DNA from: Macrostomum lignano
Taxonomy: Eukaryota
NCBI GenBank assembly: GCA_002269645.1
Contig: NIVC01004192.1
Coordinates: 1 to 55,861, forward strand
Direction: 5' to 3'
Length of the DNA: 55,861 bases
Both the position numbers and the translations under genes were made by a program. Under the pieces are notes generated by a model. The model saw only the letters and a list, made by a program, of their open reading frames with translations, was not told the DNA's origin and searched no databases. Each line of letters starts with the position of its first letter. The first letter of the stretch is position 1. Shown here piece after piece: positions 12,601 to 55,158 of the stretch.

Positions 12601-15538
12601 AAGTCGAACCGGAAGTGGAGATTGATGTTGAAGAAAAAGTCGAAGCTGCGGTTGACTTGGCAACTCATGCCGAAGTGGAATTCAATGGGGAAGTTGAAGT
12701 GGGCCTCAGACCGGAAGCTGATGTGGAACTAGAACTCGATTTTGAGAGCCAACCAGAGGTGGAGGCGGAAGTAAAATTCGATGTTGACGTCCGACCGAAA
12801 GTTGATGCGGAAGTGGAGCTGGATGCTAACTTACGACCAGAAGTTGAAGCGGAAGTAGACTTCGGTGTTGATATCCGACCGGAAGTTGATGCAGAATTGG
12901 AACTTGATGTTGACGTTCGACAGGAGGCGGAAGTAGAATTCGGTGTTGATGTCCGACCGGAAGCGGAAGTAGAATTCGGTGATGTCCGACCAGAGGTGGA
13001 AGCGGAAGTAGAATTCGATGTTGATGGCCGACCAGAGGTGGGGGCGGAAGTAGAATTCGGTGTTGATGTCCGACCAGAAGCGGAAGTAGAATTCGGTGTT
13101 GATGTCCGACCGGAAGCGCAAGTAGAATTCGGTGTTGATGTCCGACCGGAAGCGCAAGTAGAATTCGGTGTTGATGTCCGACCGGAAGCGCAAGTAGAAT
13201 TCGGTGTTGATGTCCGTCCAGAAGCGGAAGTAGAATTCGGTGTTGATGTCCGACCGGAAGCGGAAGTAGAATTCGGTGTTGATGTCCGTCCAGAAGCGGA
13301 AGTAGAAATCGACGCTGATGCAGAAGTTGAAAGGGAATTGGAAGCGGATGCAAAAGTGGAAGTAGAATCGGAAGAAGAAATCGGATCTGATATTGAGATC
13401 AAATCGGGCGCTGAAGTAGACCTGGGTGTACAGGCCGAGGCGGAAGTCGACCTGGATGTACATGCTGAGGCGGAAGTCGACCTGGATGTACAGGCTGAGG
13501 CGGAAGTCGACCTGGATGTACAGGCTGAGGCGGAAGTCGACCTGGATGTACAGGCCGAGGCGGAAGTCGACCTGAATGTACAGGCGGAGCTGGATTCGGA
13601 CGCAGAGGAGATCGTAGAGGCCGCAGTCAGCTCGGTGGCGCAGTCGGCGCAGTCAATCAATCTAGAACGGAAGGCGCCCAAACTGGAAGTTCGAACCGAA
13701 GCCCCGGAAGTTAAAGAAGATATTGACGAGATTCAACGAGACGACGACATCGAGGAGGTCTCTATCGATGACGACACGCCGGAAGTCCGCAGCCTGGATG
13801 CGTCAGCGCCGGCTCGCTGGGTAGGCCGGGCCGAGTCCAGCGGCAGCCGCAGCAGCAACGAAAGCATCGACGACAACTCGGACGGAGAGGCCGGCAGCGA
13901 CCGCCGGCTGCGAAAGGCAATACGCCAGGCGGCCAGAGCAGTTGAGAAAGATGCCGAAGACGGGGAGGCTGCGGCGGCATCGAGTAAGACGCCGAACTCT
14001 ACGCGGGAGAAAACGGCAGAATGGCAAAGTTTGGAGAATCACCCGGTGACCGGAGGCCGGTGGGAGAATCTGGAGAATCGGCCGGTGACTGGAAGCCAGT
14101 GGGAGAATCTGGAGAATCGCCCGGTGACTGGAGGCCGGTGGGAAAACTTAAACAATCTGCCGGTTGATACAGGTAAGTTGCATAATTGTAAAGTTATAAA
14201 GCGATAAAACACAAATTCACCTATTTACCATGCGTTCATTAACAATAATAACTGACAAAAGGAAAGTTCTAAATTTGACATGAAACCTCCAATTTAATAC
14301 TCTCTACTCAATCTGCTTTTACAAGCACCTCAACCGCTAGCCAGCTAACTTCTACACCCACCTCACTCCTTTTTTATTAGAGGCAGGGGGGTTGTGTGCA
14401 CCCTGGCGCACTTTAAGCGACATAGGCACACAACCGGCGAGAGGCATTACTGCCCATTCCGCCGACTCCCCTGAGCAGGCATGCAAGCGCGCGGATACGT
14501 ACGCAGGCACACACTCACACAGGAGTGTACAGCGGCCCTAACTTATTTATCGTTAGGCATGTACACTTCACTGCGCCTTGGGGGGTTGGCTCTCAAGGCC
14601 GTTAATTGCACGAGCAGAGCCAAACCGAGATTCCAATTCAGCCCCAAATTAATGTGAACCTGCACTTGGAATCGAGCCTGGGTCGCTGGCACACCAGAGC
14701 AGCTGCGCTACCGCTGGGCTACGGCCCCCTCCACCTCACTCCTTGCACCCGGCTCACTCCTTACACCCACCTCACTCCTTGCACCCACCTCACTCACTCC
14801 TTGCACCCTCCTCACTCCTTACACCCACCTCATTCCTTACACCCACCTAACTGCAATTACACCCACCTCAAGCCTTACAACCACTTCACTCCTTACACCC
14901 ACCCGTGTCAACCCACAATAACAAACTGATCCAACTACATCCCTCAGTAACAGAGATAGGTATACACACAACTGACTCTAAAATTAAAAAACTAATTGGT
15001 TCTCTCCACAGTCCAAGAGCCGGAGTTGGCAGCGTCTATCGTACAGCATCCGAAGCCGCAACAGAAAGCGTCCAGAATTCCCCAGCGCTCATTAAGCTCA
15101 ATTCTCAGGGACGTCGAATCCGCAACTGTAGACCTGGTAAATAACGAGGCACAGGCCGCTGCCGCGGCCGCCGCCGAGGACAACCACAGGGGCGCGGAGT
15201 CGCCACCAGTTATCGACGAGACCAACATCAAAGCGACCCAGGCGCCGGTTCCGGTCGTCCAGCTGGACTTTCAGGCGCTGCAGGAGGCGGAGGACGAGGC
15301 GGGCGAGCCCGAGTCGCCGCTGCTGGATCCGGAGCTGGTGCGGGAGATCCAGGCCGGCGCTGAGGGAATCTGGGACGACGATGAGGAGAACGGCGTGGAG
15401 GAAGGTGACGCTCTCCAGCTGGAGGAGTCGGAGGGCGAACTGTCGGACAGCTTTCAGGAGTTTCTCAACAATGAGGAACTGCTGGAGCAGGACGGATTCA
15501 GCCGTATGATACGAAAGCTGGAAGAGTCAGACGCCTGA
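9669..15538 (+). CDS. Uncharacterised type I single-pass membrane protein, 1118 aa, with a very short ectodomain and an acidic low-complexity repeat cytoplasmic tail; join(9669-9873,10935-11077,11487-11646,11851-14172,15012-15538)
   Basis: All four introns are GT-AG with matching phases (1,0,1,1); total 3357 nt = 1119 codons with no internal stop. Signal peptide MQLVCKVARALATTALIIAILPYEARA, TM VAAGVTFAVTFIVCVCVCVILVCYLL, then basic RRMRLMKRR. Confidence 0.8.
9915..10870. repeat. 20-bp G/A-rich minisatellite GAGAGCATGAGGGGGAGA(T/G)G, ~47 copies, intron 1
   Basis: GCATG at 9921, 9941, 9961 and onward. Confidence 0.97.
11118..11445. repeat. 18-bp minisatellite CACCTG(G/A)TTCCCGGTGTT, ~18 copies, intron 2
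   Basis: Direct reading. Confidence 0.95.
11669..11800. repeat. (AACCCC)n telomere-like hexamer array, intron 3
   Basis: About 19 pure units decaying into AACCTC/AACCCT variants. Confidence 0.95.
12640..13590 (+). repeat. Coding tandem repeats in exon 4: 12-aa EAEVEFGVDVRP and 10-aa AEVDLDVQAE units
   Basis: Visible in the 11817-14207 ORF translation; 36-bp and 30-bp DNA periods preserve frame. Confidence 0.9.
14372..14730 (-). mobile_element. Full-length tRNA-derived SINE with AATAAA/A-tail and a candidate 14-bp TSD
   Basis: Head GGCCGTAGCCCAGCGGTAGCG...CAGGCTCGATTCC; tail CTCTAATAAAAAAA; CCACCTCACTCCTT at 14358-14371 and 14731-14744; second copy at 49291-49612. Confidence 0.8.
14731..14905 (+). 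repeat. 18-bp minisatellite CACCCACCTCACTCCTTA (left arm of an inverted pair)
   Basis: Direct reading; reverse complement of the 15590-15835 array. Confidence 0.9.
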
Positions 15539-15589
15539 GGAGTAGCGGTGAGAGTTAATTTTGCTTCTTGTAACTGGTGCCGTGCATGA

Positions 15590-15835
15590 GGTGGTTGTAA
15601 GGAGTAAGGTGGGTGTGAGGTGGGTGTAAGATTAGTGAGGTGGGTGTGAGGAGTGAGGTGGGTGTAAGGAGTGAGGTGGGTGTGAGGAGTGAGGTGGGTG
15701 TGAGGAGTGAGGTGCCTGTAATTACAGTTAGGTGGGTGTAAGGAGTGAAGTGGGTGTGAGGAGTGAGATGGGTGTAAGGAGTGAAGTGGGTGTAAAGAGT
15801 GAGGTGGGTGTAAGGAGTGAGGTGGGTGGGTACAG
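15590..15835 (-). repeat. 18-bp minisatellite TAAGGAGTGAGGTGGGTG (right arm of an inverted pair, in the 3' UTR)
   Basis: Direct reading; shares the rare variant TAATTACAGTTAGGTGGGTGT with the left arm. Confidence 0.9.
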
Positions 15836-16424
15836 TTGAAGTAGCTAAAAAGTATCTCATGACTATTTACGCTCGTACCCTGTGCCCCTCTGCTCTTTGT
15901 AGGCAGCGATCGATAATGGATGACCTTACACATACTTGTTACGGGCAGCTGCATGCAGAGGAATGATCATAGAAGAAATGAATTTCTCACAAATAGCTTG
16001 TACATGTAACGCCAGTTATCCACTCAAATCAGTCAGTCGCGTATGTCATACACGATTCCATAATAGATAAAAAAATGTCCGACTATACTACTAACCACAG
16101 TTTTCAATCTTGCTTATCTGAAAATTTTGTTGTGTTGAATGTTTGCATATAAAATACCCGTCCCCCACTTTGCCTTATTGCATGCGCTTTCTATTTTTGA
16201 ACTTTGCTCATGTGGGTGTCTGAGCGTATTAGTCCAATTCGCATCAGCCTGTCAACATTTTACGCTCGTAACACTTCATGACGATGACTTACTCATGACT
16301 TAACAGCAGAATAAAAGTGCCATGCAATTTTTCATTGAACTATGAATATTTGAAGCTTGACGACTAGCTATAATTGTAGTAAATTCCTGCTTTCATCGAT
16401 TAATTAGACAAGATAACTTGAGGA

Positions 16425-16830
16425 TCTGGGGGGGGGGGGCTGGCCCAGCAACTGAGGATCTGGGAGGCTGGCCCAGCAACTGAGGATCTGGGAGGCTGGC
16501 CCAGCAACTGAGGATCTGGGAGGCTGGCCCAGCAACTGAGGATCTGGGAGGCTGGCCCAGCAACAGAGGATCTTGGAGGCTGGCCCAACAACTGAGGATC
16601 TGGGAGGCTGGCCCAGCAACAGAGGATCTTGGTGGCTGGCCCAGCAGCTGAGGATCTGGAAGGCTGGCCCAGCAACTGAGGATCTGGGAGGCTGGACCGG
16701 AACTGAGGATCTGAGAGGGTGGCCCAGCAACTGAGGATCTGGGAGGCTGGCCCGGAACTGAGGATCTGGGAGGCTGGCCCAGCAACTGAAGATCTGAGAG
16801 GCTGGCCCAGCAACTGAGGATCTGGAACGG
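16425..16830. repeat. 28-bp minisatellite CTGGCCCAGCAACTGAGGATCTGGGAGG, ~14 copies
   Basis: Period 28 (16441, 16469 and onward). Confidence 0.95.
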
Positions 16831-17649
16831 TGGCAACCCAAATCCGACAAGATAAAAAATCTGGTCATGAGTCACGCAGAAGATACAATCGATTTCCCAG
16901 CAACAAAATGGCACAAGAGACACGAGCCAAGTGTATATTTATAAATTTATTATTTCAATTGATAAAAACACAAAAAACTTTGAGCAGACAGACATCAGCT
17001 GTGAGTATTGGGCACAATAGTATATAATAATCGTGAACCGTATAAACATGAATTTGTGTATAAGACAGATCTATAGCACATCCGAATCTGATGATAATCG
17101 TAAAGCTATTTGGATTTCTAAATATATCGATTGTAGAAATCAGCTTACAATAATGAGTTGTACTTTTCGAAAGCAGAGAATCTAACACAACATAATCGCC
17201 GTGCAACACGTACGTACCCTGATAGCATCAGTAAAATTGAGTCCAGCTGTCTTAACTAGTGGAAGAGCAGCGATATCTGTAGTGAGCTGATGATAAAACA
17301 ACGGATAACGGGGGGTGGGAGGGCGACACGTGGAATGACAAAAACTGTGCTGAAATGTGCAGTACAAATTTGAAACGACAGAACACACGGCACTACACGG
17401 GCAGTACGTTCACACACACAAGAATCTAAAAACGGAAATATTCATCATAAGATATAAAAGCACTAAGCCAAAAAAGTTATTGGAATAAGTTTAATGCCGA
17501 AAAAGCGCAATTATTCTTTTTAGTAGATAAAAAGTGATGATTTTCATCAAGTACTTTGCAGGTTTGCCGCTACAGTCTGGAACGAGATCGTTAGTTGGCC
17601 TGTATAACAAAATGGAAAAACAATAAGTCTGTTAGTGTTTTTGATATGC

Positions 17650-26322
<8,673 letters not shown>

Positions 26323-26944
26323 TTGTGTGGTCTTTTGTATGACTGAACTTAACGAAAGATAAAAAAACAAACTAGCCTGCGAAGCAACAATTGACTATGC
26401 ACTAGTTTTGCAATATGCAGGCACAAAACAACAAAAATTAAAGCTCAAGTGGCCAGTGAACAAAACTTTTAACTTGACTACATCAGCGATGAAAATTAAA
26501 AATCAAAAGAGGAAATCGTGACTAAAGAACAGAATGTATTTATTAAGCAATAAAAAGAAATACTCAACCCTTGTTTTGAAGTGCTTTTCTAAATTTCTTT
26601 CTAGGTTTTCCTGATATAAATAAGCAAGTAGGATTTGTTTTACTTATTGTTTCAAACTAACGGGTTTACCAGTTTACACGTGTAATTGCCACAGAAAGTT
26701 ACTTACCTACCCATGATATTTTACTTTTGGCCACTGCTATCTGTTAAAAAAGTAGCTGATAAGGTCGCTAGTTTGTTTATGAGACATTTAACATTGCCTT
26801 TCAGATTCACCCAAAGATTAACTTCAGCGCAAATGTTTTTTCTCCTAATTACATAGGGCAAAACGAACGATTGAGTTGCACCGATTTTTTAAACAGAAAT
26901 GCTCGAATCTGCATTCTGTGTATATTCTGTGCCCATATTCTGTG

Positions 26945-27992
26945 CCCAAAGGTGCTCCGTGCGTACAACGTGCAAGAGCAGCTGAGTTCCGCCATCATGA
27001 CAATGTACCGTGAAACGAAAGCTGCTGTTTCAACACTGGACGACTTATCGGACTTCTTTGAGACTTCAGGGAGATACGCTTGCGCCGTTCCTGTTCGTTC
27101 TGGTGCTTGTCTGGGTGCTGCGGACCGCTCTTTCTACTAACGACGACGGCTTTCTGTTGCGGCGACGCGTGGGTCGACGTCAACTGGAGAGGCGACTCAG
27201 CGTGCTTGGCTACGCCCACGATCTTGCCCTGCTGTCCTCAACTCTCGAGGGCGCCCAACGACAACTAGACAAGCTAGTTTTTGTTGCGGCGAGTGTCGGC
27301 CTGGTGGTCAACACGCAGAAAACCGTCGTGCTCTGCGTGCCGGACGACATCGAGACTGCGATTTTGTGCCAATGCGCTAGCTGATGGGTAAGCGACAGGG
27401 CTTCCGCGCTGTCATCAGTTCGTCTAAATTGGCGGTCTGGTTTTGCGGCGTCGCCGCGGGCTTGCCTGGGCTGCCTTTCGTTCTGTGAGGGCTGTCGTTC
27501 CAGGCGGTGATTGAGACCGTCCTGCTGTACAACGCCGAGACCTGGACGCTGACATATTCGCTCGAGCAACAAGTTGCGCGGCGCATGCTGGCCTGCTGCG
27601 CGCCGCCTTCAAGATCGGCTACGAGCGAGTGAACGACGTGGATTTGTATCACCGCGCCGGCCTGGTCCGTCCAAGCGACTTGTTGCGTTGTCGACTCCAG
27701 CTAGCAGGCCACATCATCCGCGCCGAGACGTACTACCCACAGACGGTGCAGGAGGTGCTCTCTCTCTCTCGGCAGGCGGCTGGGGGCTTGGCCGGCCGAG
27801 AGGTCGGCCCACCACCTGGAGGAAGCGGCAGATCCCCCTGCGTCGTTGAGATCGCACTGCCTGCTTGCTGACGCCGGCGCCCCGGATTCAGCCGGCGGCG
27901 TGGCGTTCGTTCGTGACCTGGCCCTGAGGCGCGCCCTGTGACGCTGAACGCGTATTTTGTTGTTGCTGTTGTTGTTGTTTTTGTTGCTGTTT
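26945..27992 (+). mobile_element. 5'-truncated, decayed non-LTR retrotransposon (RTE-like LINE) RT fragment with short-repeat tail
   Basis: LQGDTLAPFLFVLV, LGYAHDLAL (YADD-like), GLVVNTQKT, IETVLLYNAETWTL, RLQLAGHIIR across shifted frames; (GTT/GCT)n tail at 27956-27992. Confidence 0.85.
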
Positions 27993-28732
27993 TAAGATGA
28001 CGCAAAGCAATGCGATACAAAATGCGATGTAACATTTTGTTAGCGCATAATTTTTTAAAGCATTGAGATCGAGCACCACCTTAGCCTCTACGGTTTTAGT
28101 GAGCAATTTTTTTGAACAGGATTTTGGATACATGGAAACCTTTATTCCTTTACGATTAAAGTCAAACGCTAAACGCTTTTATAATCGTAATCTCGGAGTG
28201 TACTAGTATAATATACGAGTACTATATGCATCGTGCCAAGTAGAATTAGATAGCAGTCTTAGCAGTCTGCTTGTTACGTGCATGGCTAACAACACTTCCC
28301 CTTGCGAAGCTTCGATGAAATGCCTTTGTTTCCCGGTGCATGAAACTGGTTTAAAGTTTACAGGTCTTTGCCTTATACCGATTGTAACATTAATATTTCC
28401 GCATAGAAACATTGCTGTGAAACTATCGAGCAAGCTAAACTAGTCCGGGTTGCTCCTCATTTTATTGGACGCAGCACCAATGCTTTATTATAATAATATT
28501 CGATATAATATATGCCTACCTAATACATTTGTAATAATGCAGGATTCTGCAGATGCGATGCAATAAAACGCCGGTATAGGCCCCTTCCCTCCCTCATCTT
28601 GCAGCAATAATTTTTGCTTTATAGATATTCGGTTAGCGAATTTCGAGTAAAATGCGTCTGCGCTTTTACGGCTTGTATAAATCTACACACATGATATAGC
28701 AACAGGGCCTTCAAACAGCAATTTTAATATGA

Positions 28733-29069
28733 GACAGTGGCAACCACCGAGAGACAGTGGCAACCACCGAGAGACAGTGGCAACCACCGAGAGACAGTGG
28801 CAACCACCGAGAGACAGTGACGACCACCAAGAGACAGTGGCAACCACCAAGAGACAGTGGCAACCACCAAGAGACAGTGGCGACCACCAAGAGACAGTGG
28901 CGACTACCGAGAGACAGTGGCGACCACCAAGAGACAGTGGCGACCACCAAGAGACAGTGGCAACCACCGAGAGACAGTGGCAACCACCGAGAGACAGTGG
29001 CGACCACCAAGAGACAGTGGCGACCACCGAGAGACAGTGGCAACCACCAAGAGACAGTGGCGACCACCA
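28733..29069. repeat. 20-bp minisatellite GAGACAGTGGC(A/G)ACCACC(G/A)A, ~17 copies
   Basis: Direct reading. Confidence 0.95.
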
Positions 29070-29814
29070 AAATAATTGGGCGCTGGGTTCGCGCGAAAAA
29101 TACGCTACGGAGATAGGTAAGAACTTCTTTTCTGGCGCAGAAATAGTGATAGATTTCTATTGGAAGACAGATCAAATACTCGTCTTTTAGAAAAGCATGC
29201 CGAGCTGTCTTATTGCCCCATTGATTTTTGTAAAGATTCGAGTATATTTAAAAAAGTACGATATTTAAATTCCATCAACCCAGAAACTGTCTAAACTGAC
29301 AACAAAGTTGCATTTTATGCTGTAAATTCTGAAGCTCAATTTTCCCTCCAACTTTGACAGCACAATTTCTCTTAAGTAGTATAACACGAGCCTTTACAAG
29401 CTCGAAAACAAGCTGCTCTTGAAAGCAGTTAAGCCAATTTATTCCAATCGATGCTTACACACTTGCAGCCTAATTCCACTCTAATCCTTCAGCTGGGACA
29501 TTGAAAAGCTTTCAAAGAGATTCTATAGTCCAGCATTATTCCCGCGTTTCTTAACTAGAACCGAACTCTGACCTGAAAGCACAATTATAGTCTTAAGCTC
29601 ATATCGTGATGTGCAGTAAACAAATGAAAAATCTGTAAGCCTAGTTATAGCATAACATTTTAAGTGAGCCTTAATTGATAAATTTGTACAATATTCGAGT
29701 GCATAATTTTTTTTCTAACACAAACGACTTCTGCTGTTTATTTATTGGTTTTTATTGGTTTAAGTTCACTAGTTTAAAACGAATTTAAGAGCACCAATGT
29801 AAACAACAGTTTAA

Positions 29815-30955
29815 ACGCACCAGTTTAAACACACAAGCATAAATGCACCAGTTTAAACACGCCAGTTTAAGCACACCAGTTTAAAAACACCAGTTTAAAC
29901 ACACCAGTTTAAACACACCAATTTAAACACACCAGTTTAAAAACACCAGTTTAAACACACCAGTTTAAGCACACCAGTTTAAAAACACCAATTTAAGCAC
30001 ACCAGTTTAAAAACACCAGTTTAAACACACCAGTTTAAGCACACCAGTTTAAAAACACCAATTTAAACACACCAGTTTAAAAACACCAGATTAAACACGC
30101 CAGTTTAAACACACCAGTTAAAACACACCAGTTTAAACACACCAGTTTAAACACGCCAGTTTAAGCACACCAGTTTAAACACACCAGTTTAAACACACCA
30201 GTTTAAACACGCCAGTTTAAGCACACCAGTTTAAACACACCAGTTTAAACACACCAGTTAAAACACACCAATTTAAACACACCAGTTAAAACACACCAGT
30301 TTAAACACACCAGTTTAAACACGCCAGTTTAAGCACACCAGTTTAAACACGCCAGTTTAAGCACACCAGTTTAAACACACCAGTTTAAACACACCAGTTT
30401 AAACATACCAGTGTAAACACAACAGTTTAAACACGCCAGTGTAAACACACCAGTTTAAACACACCAGTTTAAACACGCCAGTTTAAACACGCCAGTTTAA
30501 GCACACCAGTTTAAACACACCAGTTTAAACATACCAGTGTAAACACACCAGTTTAAACACGCCAGTGTAAACACACCAGTTTAAACACACCAGTTTAAAC
30601 ACGCCAGTTTAAGCACACCAGTTTAAACACACCAGTTTAAACATACCAGTGTAAACACACCAGTTTAAACACACCAGTTAAAACACACCAGTTTAAACAC
30701 GCCAGTGTAAACACACCAGTTTAAACACACCAGTTTAAACACGCCAGTTTAAGCACACCAGTTTAAACACACCAGTTTAAACATACCAGTGTAAACACAC
30801 CAGTTTAAACATACCAGTGTAAACACACCAGTTTAAACACGCCAGTGTAAACACACCAGTTAAAACACACCAGTTTAAGCACACCAGTTTAAAAACACCT
30901 GTTTAAACACACCAGTTTAAACACACCAGTTTAAGCACACCAGTTTAAGCACACC
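29815..30955. repeat. 14-bp minisatellite CCAGTTTAAACACA, ~80 copies
   Basis: Direct reading. Confidence 0.95.
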
Positions 30956-31124
30956 ATATTCCGAACACAATGCATTTAGCTACCCAATGCGCCCAGCTTC
31001 TCAGCTAGCTGAGCAGCCCCTGTCGCGATGCCGATAAGCTCATCTCACATCAGACAGGAGATATGCAGACGTTAGCCTAGCCATAAGCCGACATCATATT
31101 TGACCTGTCAGTCTTTGGCAAAAT

Positions 31125-31232
<108 letters not shown>

Positions 31233-31667
31233 AGATCCGCCTGTTACTGAGACCCCCACGGGGGCCACCTAGGACCGACCGGGCTCATGCAGTGTCAGAG
31301 TCAGTGACCCCCCCCCCCCGAATCGAATGGTGGGACGGGCGATCGTATTTGCTGCACTCCATAACCCTCCGCCCCACATAGAATAATCCTCTGGCGCTTG
31401 CAGCCTCCTGTTTTTTCACCCGCCCGCCTAAATTTTCTTTCATTTCTGTTAGCTTCATCTTCTATTGACATTTTCGCCCCACCTCTGCCTCCCAAGAGAA
31501 CCGGCAGGAAGTCTTGCTGTCTTGTGTGTTTACTGCCGAACCAGAAAAAATAGTGCGATCTATTTGAGCCTTTCAAATACTAACTGAACACTTTCTGATA
31601 CGCTTAAGGACTTAGCTCCACATATAGACCTAATCCTAGAGCTGGCGACTCCCATTCGCGTTTGATA

Positions 31668-32057
31668 TAATCCCCAACAACCAGGCAGCTGAAATCCCCA
31701 ACAACCAGGCAGCTGAAATCCCCAACAACCAGACAGCTGAAATCCCCAACAACCAGACAGCTGAAATCCCCAACAACCAGGCAGCTGAAATCCCCAACAA
31801 CCAGGCAGCTGAAATCCCCAACAACCAGACAGCTGAAATCCCCAACAACCAGGCAGCTGAAATCCCCAACAACCAGACAGCTGAAATCCCCAACAACCAG
31901 ACAGCTGAAATCCCCAACAACCAGGCAGCTGAAATCCCCAACAACCAGGCAGCTGAAATCCCCAACAACCAGACAGCTGAAATCCCCAACAACCAGGCAG
32001 CTGAAATCCCCAACAACCAGGCAGCTGAAATCCCCAACAACCAGACAGCTGAAATCC
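31668..32057. repeat. 24-bp minisatellite AAATCCCCAACAACCAG(G/A)CAGCTG, ~16 copies
   Basis: Direct reading. Confidence 0.95.
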
Positions 32058-32059
32058 TC

Positions 32060-32718
32060 TACAGACAACGAAAATCCAGACGGACACAAAACACACAGAC
32101 AGAAACAAATCACCCATACAGACAAATCATTCAGACAGACACAGATCACTCAGACACAATTAAATCACACAGACAGACACAAATCACACAGGCAGACACA
32201 AATCACCCAAACAGACACAAATCACCCAAACAGACACAAATCACCCAAACAGACACAAATCACACAGACAGACACAAATCACCCAGATAGACACAAATCA
32301 CCCAAACAGACACAAATCACACAGACAGACACAAATCACACAGACAGACACAAATCACACAGACAGATACAAATCACCCAGACAGACACAAATCACCCAG
32401 ACAGATACAAATCACCCAAACAGACACAAATCACACAGACAGACACAAATCACCCAGACAGATACAAATCACCCAGACAGACACAAATCACACAGACAGA
32501 TACAAATCACCCAGACAGACACAAATCACCCAGACAGATACAAATCACCCAGACAGATACAAATCACCCAGACAGACACAAATCACCCAGATAGACACAA
32601 ATCACCCAGACAGACACAAATCACCCAAACAGACACAAATCACACAGACAGACACAAATCACACAGACAGACACAAATCACACAGACAGATACAAATCAC
32701 CCAGACAGACACAAATCA
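32060..32718. repeat. 19-bp minisatellite ACAAATCAC(A/C)CAGACAGA(C/T)
   Basis: AAATCAC at 32162, 32181, 32200 and onward. Confidence 0.92.
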
Positions 32719-33235
32719 TCCTGACAAACACACAACTGAGATGTACCCCCAGTTCACATTCCCGCTGCTGCATGCCCAATATTTCCCCAGACCAGGAAGG
32801 AAAGCTCGACATGCCGCGGTCCCCTGGATCGGGCTGCAGGGCTGGAGAGGAATGCCAGAAAATACCAGTTGACGATGGCGGAGAGGGAGGAGAGGGAGAG
32901 CAACTGTCTCGTGAAGGCCGAGGCCCATTCTTTCAACTCTGACTCCCCCCCCCCTCGGATTCACGCACTCCAATTGGTCCAGCCAGACTGTCCCAATGAG
33001 GGCGCGCTGACCGAGACTATCAAGGCCTTGAATTTTCAACTTCCGCCCGGCTACCGAGTTGCCGAGACAACTCGAATTAACGGGTGCAGATTCTCTTGCT
33101 AAAGCTTAGCCTAAATTATTAATTTTCTAAAAATCAATCCCCGAGCTTATACTGCAGTTGCAGCGGTGATCTTTGTTCGTCAGTAAGGAGTTTGGACTGC
33201 CTTGGGGGGCAGTGAAATCGGTTTGATACTGAGAT

Positions 33236-55158
<21,923 letters not shown>

